64,000 nucleotides of DNA from Octopus vulgaris (Eukaryota). Made by a program: the position numbers and the translations under genes. The notes below the pieces were generated by a model. That model had not been told where the DNA came from, ran no database searches, and was given only the letters and a program-made list of their open reading frames with translations. Positions within the stretch are counted from its first letter, which is position 1; the number at the start of each line of letters is the position of its first letter. The DNA is taken from assembly GCA_951406725.2 (NCBI GenBank), contig OX597827.1, forward strand, positions 44,764,001-44,828,000. Reading direction: 5' to 3'. Positions 53,810 through 64,000 of this stretch are shown here, one piece after another.

Positions 53810-54230
53810 GGTATACTTAATGCCTGGATGAGCATTTAAAATAATAAAATAGTATAAAATATGTGCTGAAAAATGAAACAAACAATATTAGTCATTGATA
53901 TTTTTTCATTGTTCTAGCAAGTATGAGGCAACTGTGGACATGTTCATGCCTTATTTTGCCCTCATCAGTGTAATATAACCTCACTTTGCTTAAGTGGTAG
54001 TGAATGAGTCACTAATTAAAAAGATAGCAGTGTACATTTGTTGAGAGTGGTGATATACTTTGCTGACGAGTCCAAAATAAGGCAACACTTTGTCCAGAGT
54101 TGTCTCCCATACTTGATAGTAAAAGGTAACAGAAAATGAAAATGTTTTATGATCAACTAATATGGTTTTCTTTTCACTGTTTGTTTTATTCTACTTTTTA
54201 ATGAATGCTCTACGCATTGAATATATTGAA
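53810..54230. mobile_element. Diverged back-to-back repeat pair, each copy with a decayed hammerhead-like motif (Penelope pLTR or retrozyme remnant)
   Basis: Plus 54063: CTGACGA-GTCC-AAAATAA-GGC...GTC-CAGAGTTG...CATACTTG; minus 53968: CTGATGA-GGGC-AAAATAA-GGC...GTC-CACAGTTG...CATACTTG. Weaker homology continues about 150 bp outward. Confidence 0.55.
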
Positions 54231-55526
54231 GCAGAATAAAGTATGTGCTGAAACAAAAATCAATATTAGCCGTTGTTTAATACAATTTATCTTTATTTAT
54301 ATTTGTACTTATTTATTTCTATTTTATTTATTTCCTTTTTTTTTCTTTTTCTTGCATTGAATGAATTTGCATTTTCCAGCCAACCATTTCTGATTTAATC
54401 AAAAGCAGCAGTTGCGTTTTCGGTATATCCATTCAAATCAAATATGTTAGTCAGGGGTTGCCGTACAGACTATTTACAGTTTACTTGTCTCAGCCAACAA
54501 AAATGGTAAATGCACACAAGAGTGCTGTAAATGATTCAAAAAAAAAAAAGAGAACTGGGGTAAAGCTAAAAGATAGCCAATAAAGATGCAGAACATCTGA
54601 TAAGCATGGAAGACAAGCCAATGTGGGGTGATGGGCATTTCAGTTGGTCAGTATTGCATCAAAGACAATGCTCTAAGAACACTCCTGAACTGAAGGATGA
54701 TAGTGGTGGTAATAGTGGTAACCTCTTGTACTCCTCCTCCTCCTTTTTCTTGTACATCTACCCTTCTTGTTCTTCTTCTTTAATCAAATATGTTGACACA
54801 CACACTGACAAAGTGTTTAATCGCATGGACAACAATCTACTACATGAATTTCTGAATATTTGGAAGGGGTGGATTTACCTGTTGTTAATTGACAAATTGA
54901 TAATAATTTCTGATTTAGGCATAAAGAAGGGAGACATGAATTTTGGGGAAGAAGAGGTTAGCTAGCCATTACTAACAACCCCAGTTTTTGATGGGTACTT
55001 TATCAGCCCAGAATGGTTGAAAGGTAAGGATGACGTTGGCGGAATTTTGTCTCAGAACATAAAGGGCTGGAATAAATGCCACATGTTCCCACCCACCCAC
55101 CCAAAAACACTATGGCAATTCTACCAGTTCCTCACCACCTTATAATGTTGATTCCACTCGGTGGATATTGTTGTCACACGGACAGATCAATGAACAAGTG
55201 ACTGTTAGAGACAATGCTATCACTTTCATACCCTATTGTGTATTAACAAAAAAAAAGAGGGGGTAAGTGAATTCTGGATGAAATTAGGTTGCCAGATACA
55301 GAGTAGAAGCTGATCAGACTGACTATATTTCACACATCAAAGGGCCAGCTGTGTTTCACACAGTGTTGCATTGTCTATGGAATACTCAGCCACATTGCAC
55401 TATAATTCTATGAATATGTAGCTCAGACTTGTGCTGAGATCAACCTGCAGCCGTCAAAAAAGAACGGCTGCAGTGGCCACACTCAAAGTTTATCTAACCA
55501 AGATATTTAATCACTGGTAGTGTACA

Positions 55527-56057
55527 ACGGAGGTCTCAATCATATAAGATTTCGAAGGTGTCCACACAACAAAATAGTAAATTGGGGGTCAGGTGGTCAG
55601 AATATAGTTAATTGCTTTAGAAGTATGTATTGGTATTTATCGCAAGAAGCAGCTTGGTTTCTTTCTGCGATGTTTTACATAGATCACCCTACACAAGTTA
55701 ATGTGTGAAAAGCAAAGCATGAATTTTGAAACAAGTTTCCATAAAACTATTTTTTAAACAATTGCAGTGTGGAAGGTGTTTATAAGCCATTTAAGAAACA
55801 CACAAAAACCGTTAGATTCACTTCAACATTTAAATTTAATTTTCAAAATATTTTCGTCGCTTTGAAACCGCGACCTGTTCACTGACAAAATTCCGTGCTG
55901 CAATTGTTTACGTTCCAGCACACGATCTCAGATCAGGTCACTTGCTATGCAAGTACATCTCCGTAATGTTTTTTAAACATTGAATGGCTTTGGGGGCCCA
56001 CCAGAGTAAAATAGTAATCAAAGGGGTCCATAGATAAAAAATGGTTGAGAACTCCCT
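55527..56057. mobile_element. hAT (Charlie-like) MITE with nested insertion
   Basis: TIR-like ACGGAGGTCTCAATCAT / ATGGTTGAGAACTCCCT; direct repeat TAGTGTACAAC at 55518 and 56057 contains the TSD. Confidence 0.7.
55840..55890 (-). ncRNA. Candidate minimal type I hammerhead ribozyme, G3:C8 variant
   Basis: Minus strand: GTCA-GTGAACA-G-GTCGC-ggtttcaaa-GCGAC-GAAA-ATATTT-TGA, with a 5-bp stem II, intact GAAA and a palindromic stem III. Confidence 0.5.
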
Positions 56058-56779
56058 AGTGTACAACAACTCAAGATATAGCTGGTGCTATGACTTTGTG
56101 CCTATATGAATAAAAAAGATAAGAAGAATGGTTCACAAATATAACATAGAAAGAAGATATAGAATATTTCACATTTTATTGGAAACAAAATCCTTCACAA
56201 ATTGTTCCTGTGTTTCATGTTCCAAGTCTTTGAAGTTTCGTATTTCTGAAATTCAGACAAAAATTGCCAGAGTAATTATTTACACATATTTGTGAAGTTT
56301 TCAGTTTCCAGTAAAATCTGATATTTTTACAGCTGAGTACTTCTTTTACAACTGCATACTCTGTTTTTTTCTCAATTACATACTCTTGGTTTTAGTTCCA
56401 CTGCGTGACATGTTAGGCAGGTGTCTTCCTGTAATAGCACTGAAGCCTTGTGAATGAATATGACACATGGAAACTAAAAGAAGCCCGTTGTGTATCAATG
56501 TGTGTATGTGTCCTTGTCTTGATATTGTATTATGTTGTGAATGAATGCCATACATTTCCAATACTCTGCATTAGCATGTCTGCTCATGGAGAAAGATTAC
56601 CTGGCTTGGGAACAGGTAAGGATTGGTGACAGGGAGGCCATCCAAGCATAGAAAATCTACCTCAATAAACTCCACCTGACCCATGCAAGCATAGAAAAAC
56701 ACATTGAAAGGATGCTGATGATGATGATAATATTATTTCTATATATCCATACACACTGATATATACATACATACATACA

Positions 56780-56812
<33 letters not shown>

Positions 56813-56952
56813 CATCATCATCATCATCATCATCATTTAGCGTCCGTTTTCCATGCTAGCATGGGTTGGACGGTTCTGCTGGGGTCTGTGAAGCCAGAAG
56901 GCTTCATCAGGCCCAGTCAAATCTGGCAGTGTTTCTACGGCTGGATGCCCTT

Positions 56953-56999
<47 letters not shown>

Positions 57000-58589
57000 T
57001 TTGTTTATGTTTATTTAACCTCTCCAATCTTCCATCCACAGAAGCAGTCCAGTAATTTGGCATTGTGTAGGAAATTCTCTAAAAATGTTTGCCCAAAACC
57101 TTATTGATTGTTGTGCATGCAAGCAGAAATTATGATAGAGCAATCTACAGTGAAATTGTCTGTTGAAGCTTCTTAACTTGTGAGCAGATAATCAATACCT
57201 GCTGCTGCCGTTGCTGCTGCTGCTGTTGATACTATTATTGTTGTTTCTGCTGTAGTTGTTGCTTCAGTGGTTGTTGTTCTTCTTGTTCTTTGTCTTTCAT
57301 CCTTCCAGACACAGCATAATAAAGTACCAGTAATATATAGAAACAGAAGCAGTCAACTGCACTTTCCTTCTTTAGAGGTTGTCTTCGTTATATGAGTGAG
57401 TGGTTGGTTGGTTGGTTGGTCTTATGCCTTAGGATGACACAATTATTAGACACAATTATTAATATTTTTGATGCTGCTGGTATCATCATCATCATCATCA
57501 TCATTATTATTATTATTATGGCCTTGTATCTAGTCTTAATACATGTTTCTGTTTTGGTTTTTATTGTTGTCTTGTTTTGTTTTTGAATCCATTATAAATG
57601 CTTTCATGTTAAAGATAGTTTATTTGCTGGAGAAATTGTTGTTTTACAGATGGATGCCCTTTACTACTACTACTACTAATAATAATAATAATAATAATAA
57701 TAACCTCATGGTTACGAAGTGGAGAGTGGAAACTTTTTGTGTATATATGTGTGTTTAGTCAGGCAAAAGGAGAGAAGCAGTAGAATTAGGTACCCTACTC
57801 AGGGTCACAACATCAAGTCAGTAGTGTAGGTTGATCTAAAGCTGTGGGCAAGGGTCAGAGCCACAAAAGAAAGTATTAATAACATATTGGGATCCAGTCC
57901 TCTGCTAACATAACTTGGGGTTGAAATTTGACCAAGAGCAACCCTTCTTGGTCATCATCTTTTTAGGGTTCATCAAAAACAGTACCAAACCAGTACTATA
58001 TGCCTCTCCAAAACTTATCACTCTATACCAATCTAAGAGATTATTGTTATCCTCTTTGCCTGACCATTCTGTTCCTTGACCCTTATCCTCCTTGTCTTCC
58101 CCTCCTTACCGCTCATCTTCCTTGTCCTCTTCCACACCCTCCTTCTTCTTCTTGGCAGACACAGTAGCACATGAGACAAAATTATATAGTTAAGGCATTT
58201 TATATTCTGATTTCAAATCCAGCCCTGGTCAACTTTGTCTTTCATCCATCTGGGATCAGTTTAATTGCTGAACACCTTCCCTCAAAGTTTCTCATCTTCT
58301 TCCTGTGTCAGAACCATTCTGGAAGAATGGTTAAGAGCCAGACAATACTTTGTTTTATTCCTTCCAGCTTTTTACATTCTGAGTCTAAGTTTGACCAAGA
58401 CCAACTTTGAGTTTAATCCTTTTGGGTGTTGGTAAAATTCATACTGGGGTTGACAGTATCAATTTGCCCTTCACTGCTACCCTTCAAATTGTTGGGTTTG
58501 TGCCAAAATTAGAAAGAATTATTATTATTATGATTATTATTATTATTATTATTTTAAAAGGATTGATTTAACTCATCACAAAGGTAAAC

Positions 58590-58738
58590 AGTCAAGACAG
58601 AGCGCGATTCGATTGTAATAGATATATTATTGGTTGAACGATATTTCGACAGTAAGTCTGTCTTTGTCGAGTTACTGTCAAAATATCATTCAACCAATAA
58701 AATATCTATTACAATCGAATCACACTATACGTCTTGAC

Positions 58739-58739
<1 letters not shown>
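58590..58739. repeat. ~150-bp inverted repeat between (TTA)n tracts, carrying a hammerhead-like motif
   Basis: AGTCAAGAC...GATTCGATTGTAATAGATA...TTATTGGTTGAA...GACAGTAA pairs with TTACTGTC...TTCAACCAATAA...TATCTATTACAATCGAATC...GTCTTGACT; 16-nt spacer. Confidence 0.85.
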
Positions 58740-58775
<36 letters not shown>

Positions 58776-58777
<2 letters not shown>

Positions 58778-58990
58778 GGCAGTGAGTTGGCAGAATTGTT
58801 AGCACGCCTGGTGAAATGCTTAGCAGTATTTTGTCTGCCACTCCATTTTGAGTTCAAATTCCACTGAGGTCACCTTTGCCTTTCATCCTTTCAGGGTCGA
58901 TAAATTAAGTACCAGTTGGGCAGGATGGGGGTCAACGTAATCAACGTACCCCATTCCCTGAAATTACTGGCCTTGTGCCAAAATTTGAAA
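58776..58990 (+). mobile_element. SINE family B after (TTA)n
   Basis: AAGGCAGTGAGTTGGCAGAATTGTTAGC...GAGTTCAAATTCC...GGCCTTGTGCCAAAATTTGAAA then CATTATTAT. Confidence 0.85.
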
Positions 58991-60242
58991 GCATTATTAT
59001 ATTTCTCGTTATGTGTGGTCCTAGATGGGGCATAAGGAACATGTAGTGTTTTGAGAATGTAGCAAACATGTAGGATTGTAGTATCTTCTGTTTTACTTGC
59101 TTTGGTCATTGCACTATGGCCATGCTGGGGCACTGCCTTAATGATTTTAGTTGAACAAATGAACCCCAATACCCATTTTTTTTTTGTCTTTTCAAGTCTG
59201 CTACTCATTCTGTCAGTCTTTGTTGCCAAACCACTGTTACAAGGATATAAATAAACCAACACCAGTGGTAGGGGACAAACACAAAGGCAGAAACACACAC
59301 ACACACACACATGCACACATGTATACAGCAGCCTGCCACACAGTTTCTGTCTACTAGATTCTGTCACAAGGTATTGGACCAGCCTGGAACTGTAGCAGAC
59401 AACTCTTGCCCAAGGTGCCATGCAGTCAGACTGCAAAGTGAACTTCTGAACCACATAGCCAGGTCAGGGTGTAGTAGATACAGGAGAGAAAACAAACAAC
59501 TTTTAGTGTACCAACAACAGGTAGAGCATCAACAATATCAACAACAACAGTGACAGTCTGTCCTAAGAAACAGGCAAAGGCTTGCATGTAAAGTACAATT
59601 GATGAGAGGCTGTACACCTTGGAGACTGGCTGCAGATGGCGGGTATAGGCCGACTGGAGAGCTGCAAATTGTTGCAACGAAAACAATGGTGATAGACATA
59701 GCAAAAGAGGAAGAGCCGGCTACAGAACTGATTGTTACGATGGTGATGACAGCTAGAACAACAACAACAATTAGGGCAATGTTAACGAGCAATCAGGACA
59801 ATAACACAAACAATTAACACAACTGCAACATCGACAATGACAACAACATTTACCACAGTATCGTTGACCCAATTATCAACATCAACATCAGCATCATCAT
59901 TATCATCACCAACACCACCATCATCATCATAAACATCATCCCTGTCGTCATTATGCATGACAACAGTAACAACAACAGCATTATATATACACAACAGCTT
60001 GGAAATTTTTAATCTTTCACTGATTTCATTAAAATAATTTTTTTCTTTCTTTTTTTCCATTTTTTAAATTTTATTTTTATCCTTCATGTTTTTAATATTT
60101 TTATTGAAATGGAAATTGTTTTCTGAAATTGAAGATATAGCTGTGTGTGTGAATATATGAATATGTATGTATAAATTGTGTGAATATTTGGTTGGAGTCA
60201 TGTGTAACAATGTGTATGTATGTATTGCCATTTATATTTGCA

Positions 60243-60274
<32 letters not shown>

Positions 60275-61066
60275 AATATATATTTGTTATGCATTTCCCT
60301 TTAGCTGGCATGAATTTTGACTAATAAAGCTGTGAGATGTTAAATCTTAGTATATTAGCAAACACATACACATATATGCATGTATGTATGTATGTATGCT
60401 CATATTGAAATATTGAAATGTATGCTCATATCGAAATTACTTTCTCATACATATACTTTCAGACACACACACATACACACATGCACATCACATACGCAAA
60501 TGTGTGATGCTTGTAAAAGATTACCAAGCTAGAATATCTTAGCTTGTGTTATAAAATTAATAAACAAAAACTGTTCATTGAGGATTACTTTACAGCTTTT
60601 AACATAAATATAATAACAACAACCACAATAACAATAACAGCAACAATGGCGACAACAGCTTTTATGAATAAATGCAATCAACAATAACAACAGCTTTTAA
60701 CAAATCTACTACTACTACTATTACAATATTAACAACAGCAACCATGTAACAACAACAACAGCAACAAGTACAACAGCTTTTAATAAAACAAACATCTTTT
60801 AGCAACAGTGTACAACAATAATAATAATAACAACATCTCTTAGCAAAATTACAACAACAACAACAACTGGTAACTACACAAAAGTACCTTGTGGTTTTGT
60901 TTTCTCTTTGTAAATATTTTATTTCATTGTATTTTTTTTTAAATTTTTATTTTAGTTATTTTTGTTGTTTTTTTTGCTTTCTTTTTCTAATGAAATTCTT
61001 CTCTGAACAATTTCCTTCCATCACTCATCTTTCTTCCTTTCATATGAAACTGATGCTGCTACAGGG

Positions 61067-61108
<42 letters not shown>

Positions 61109-61294
61109 TCACACACACATGCACAAACAAATATCATAATCATCATCATTTAATTTCCGCTTTCCATGCTAGCATGGGTTGGACGGTTTGACTGGAGCTG
61201 GCAAAACCAGAATCCACACTAGGTTTCATTGCCTGTTTTGGTTTCTACAGCTGGATGCCCTTCCTAATGACGACTACTTCATTGAGTGTGTGTG

Positions 61295-61337
<43 letters not shown>

Positions 61338-61454
61338 ATATTTCGGAATGGTCATATTGCCAGTTTAGCCAATAAAAACATACGCACTATATATTTGGTG
61401 TTATTTTGCTTCAGTGATATTTATTTTTTACATTAATCTTAATCTTATTTCGGC

Positions 61455-62189
61455 ATGCAGTTCTCAGGTTACAGCCATAAAGAAAGGATCAGAGTATACA
61501 AAGGAGCCATGAAGAAATTTGATAATATATTATGTAATGATAGGAATGGGATTTGCCCACTCTATAGGAACAAGTCATGGAACACTATAGAAAGGACAAA
61601 AAAGAAAATAGGGAAGGCCAACTCTTGGTATGATAGCCATAAATACCAGAGTGTCATGTTCGTTGACACCACCCCTGGAGGTGAACTAGCGTACCGCTTT
61701 AGAAGGACCCTAGATAAACTTAAACTAAGAATTAAGGTTGTTGAAAAGCCAGGCAACCCTATCAGATCTATAATTGGTAGAAGCTATCCTTTTAGTAGAA
61801 CTCTCTGTATGGATAACTATTGCACTGTATGTAGATTTAGCCCACAAACGAACTGTAAAGCCAGAAATGTGGTCTATAGTATAAGATGTATAGAGGGACG
61901 ATGCAGTAACAAGACAGTAACATACGTAGGGGAAACTGCAAGAAGCATTGGTGAGCGGGTGAATGAACATTGGAGACAACTCAAGGAAGGTAAAAGCTCA
62001 TCGATTCTGTACCAACACGCCGAACAAGAACACGGGGGATCAATCAATAACATAGAGATTAAGATATTGTCCACACATAGAACAGATGCAACAATTAGAC
62101 AAATTACAGAAGCTACACATATAATAGAAAATAAACCTAGCCTGAATAGAAAACTAGAATGGAGCAATAGCGCACACCACAACATATGA
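61455..62189 (+). CDS. Penelope-like element ORF C-terminus: RT thumb/linker, Cys-rich motif and GIY-YIG endonuclease (5'-truncated, RT core missing)
   Basis: 244 aa, uninterrupted: LCMDNYCTVC...CKARNVVYSIRC...C...YVGETARSIGERVNEH...LYQHAEQEH...RQITEA..I...PSLNRKLEW fits the PLE GIY-YIG (VVY...YVGET, R..EH, E, LN). SGY...PLYR...FV..TPG..L...IKVVE.PG and LN.K.EW resemble Naiad-type PLEs. Confidence 0.9.
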   Translation: MQFSGYSHKERIRVYKGAMKKFDNILCNDRNGICPLYRNKSWNTIERTKKKIGKANSWYDSHKYQSVMFVDTTPGGELAYRFRRTLDKLKLRIKVVEKPGNPIRSIIGRSYPFSRTLCMDNYCTVCRFSPQTNCKARNVVYSIRCIEGRCSNKTVTYVGETARSIGERVNEHWRQLKEGKSSSILYQHAEQEHGGSINNIEIKILSTHRTDATIRQITEATHIIENKPSLNRKLEWSNSAHHNI

Positions 62190-62658
62190 CAATAGTGGAT
62201 CCTGCAAACACAATAAATACACAGGTAATTAAAGAAATAGAAATGAATATCTATATGTGTATATATGTGTGTATATATGTATATATATGTATATGTATAT
62301 GTATGTATATATATATATGTATATGTATATTCTTTTTTTTTTTTTTTCGGTTAGATTTATTATTATTATTACTAATATTGTTGTTATACATACATACAAG
62401 CATATGTAATGATAATAATGGGTGGATGTAAACACATGAACAAAATTAGAACAAAAGCAACAACAACAAAAACAAAATACAAATTACAAGAATGTATATA
62501 ACCAGAAGATACAAATATTACAGGCATCCCCCCACACACACTAAATAAACATAGACGCACATAGAGATATAAGCATGCGCAAATGAAGACATACAATAGA
62601 AATACAAAATGGCTGACGGTTAGTAAGGAGAGACACAAGTAAGTGAGAAGAAAACAAA

Positions 62659-62703
62659 GGACCACTGATGCGGTCACAGGAGTGTGACGAAAGAACTTTG
62701 GCC
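62659..62703 (+). ncRNA. Candidate minimal type I hammerhead ribozyme of the PLE pLTR (non-canonical at position 9)
   Basis: GGACCA-CTGATGCG-GTCACA-ggag-TGTGAC-GAAAG-aa-CTT-TGGCC: stem I CCA/TGG, 6-bp stem II, intact GAAA, 2-bp stem III, predicted cleavage after CUU at 62698. Confidence 0.6.
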
Positions 62704-62879
62704 GAAATAAGATTAAGATTAATGTAAAAAATAAATATCACTGAAGCAAAATAACACCAAATATATAGTGCGTATGTTTTTATTGGCTAAACTGGCAATA
62801 TGACCATTCCGAAATATAACAATATCTGTTTCAACACACGACTTCACATAAAAAATCTTGCACAACAAATATTTAAACG

Positions 62880-62924
<45 letters not shown>

Positions 62925-63058
62925 CCAGCTGTAGAAATCATGCAAAGCAGACAATGAAACCTAGTGCAGCTCCCAGGCTTGCCCTCTCCATGTCAAATTA
63001 TCCAACACATATCAGCATGGGAAAACAGAAGTTAAATGATAATGATTATCATATATAT

Positions 63059-63402
63059 AGGAGTGGCTGTGTGACATGTAGCTTGCTTACTACTGCATGA
63101 CACCTTGGGCAAGTGTCTTCTACTATAGCCTCAGACCAACCAAAGCCATGTGAGTGGATTTGGTAGGCAGAAATTGAAAGAAGCTCATCATATATGTGTG
63201 TGTGTGTTTGTGTTTGTGTTTGTCCCACCAACATTATTTGACAACCAATGTTGGTGTGTTTATATCCCCGTAACTTAGCGGTTCGGCAAAAGAGACCAAT
63301 AGGATAAGTACTAGGCTTACAAAATATAACTCCTGGGGTCGATTTGTTTGACTAAAGGTGGTGCTCCAGCATGGCTGCACTCAAATGACTGAAACAAAAG
63401 AA
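63059..63402 (+). mobile_element. SINE family A (short deletion in head)
   Basis: Colinear with 32292-32690. Confidence 0.85.
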
Positions 63403-63437
63403 TGAATGAATATAAATATACATGCACATACATATTC

Positions 63438-63637
63438 TACGTGGGTACTGAAAATTTCCTAGCTTTGGGTAAAAGAAAATACTGGAGGATCAGTTATGAT
63501 TTTATTCAACATATTCCCCCCTCAGATTCTCACATTTAATGCAGTGGTCCTTCAGTTTTTCTAACCTCTGTAAAAGAACTCAGAAGGTGGGGCCGCCAAC
63601 CAGGCTTTTCCCAATACTCCCAAAGCCAGCCAGGAAC

Positions 63638-63644
<7 letters not shown>
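63438..63644. mobile_element. Mariner-derived MITE / internal deletion derivative
   Basis: TA-CGTGGGTACTGAAAATTTCCTAGC at the left and GCCAGGAACTTTTCAG at the right (inverted); the minus strand retains a ...GEYVE* mariner C-terminus (TTATTCAACATATTCCCC). Confidence 0.65.
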
Positions 63645-63669
<25 letters not shown>

Positions 63670-64000
63670 CTGTGTATCATTATCTTGGTCATCATCATTA
63701 AATATCTATTTTCAATGCTGACATGAGTTGAACAGTTTGACAACAGCTGGCAAGTCAGAGGACTGTACTATGCACCAGTGTCTGCTTTGGCATGGTTCCT
63801 ACAGCTGGATTCTCATTCTAATGCCAATCACCTTACAGAGTGTGGTGAGTGCTTTTTGCATGGCACCGGCACCAGTGCGTCCCCTTGGAGATTGCAAGGC
63901 AACAACACCTGGACTGGGACTGCGAGTAGTATTGAAGGAGGTGGGTTTGTGCCAGCTGAAGAGAGGTTGGAAGAATAGTAGAGGGACAGAGGTAGCTGTC

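Larger units (their letters stand above)
61330..62880 (+). mobile_element. 5'-truncated Penelope-like element (probably Naiad clade) with inverted partial pLTR, inserted in (TA)n
   Basis: GIY-YIG ORF; exact 125-bp inverted repeat 61330-61454 / 62701-62825; hammerhead-like motif at 62659-62703; (TA)n on both flanks. Confidence 0.9.

Noticed and set aside
55445-55473. 10-bp perfect hairpin CTGCAGCCGT/ACGGCTGCAG resembling a terminator
   Set aside because: Intrinsic terminators are not relevant in this eukaryotic context, and an isolated short hairpin can occur by chance.
59599-59817. GC-richer patch with ORFs on both strands
   Set aside because: A minus-strand acceptor-like TTTGCAG exists, but the donor is weak and no peptide is recognisable; there is not enough support for an exon.
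62187-62660. Selenocysteine read-through or SECIS in the Naiad-like element
   Set aside because: Some Naiads are selenoproteins, but here the conserved positions are ordinary Cys codons, the terminal TGA is followed two codons later by TAG, and I could not identify a SECIS by eye.

Overview
AT-rich eukaryotic non-coding DNA (large intron or intergenic), packed with (TA)n/(CA)n/(TTA)n/(CAT)n microsatellites, tRNA-derived SINEs, RTE LINE remnants, mariner fragments and MITEs. The repeat families look like coleoid cephalopod DNA, probably Octopus (inference from recognition, not a search). No host gene can be called, and almost all ORFs in the track are microsatellite or SINE artefacts. The one convincing ORF (61455-62189) is the C-terminal part, including the GIY-YIG endonuclease, of a young, 5'-truncated Penelope-like element (probably Naiad clade). 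It is bracketed by a perfect 125-bp inverted repeat whose 3' copy starts 3 nt after the predicted cleavage site of a minimal hammerhead ribozyme. Several more hammerhead-like motifs occur in short inverted-repeat elements, and together they show C-G, U-A and G-C versions of the core 3:8 pair. Other points of interest are a visible SINE/RTE-LINE shared 3' tail, modular SINEs, a (TAA)n-associated SINE cluster, a fold-back duplication inside a SINE and old degenerate minisatellites. Repeat boundaries were read by eye and are approximate.
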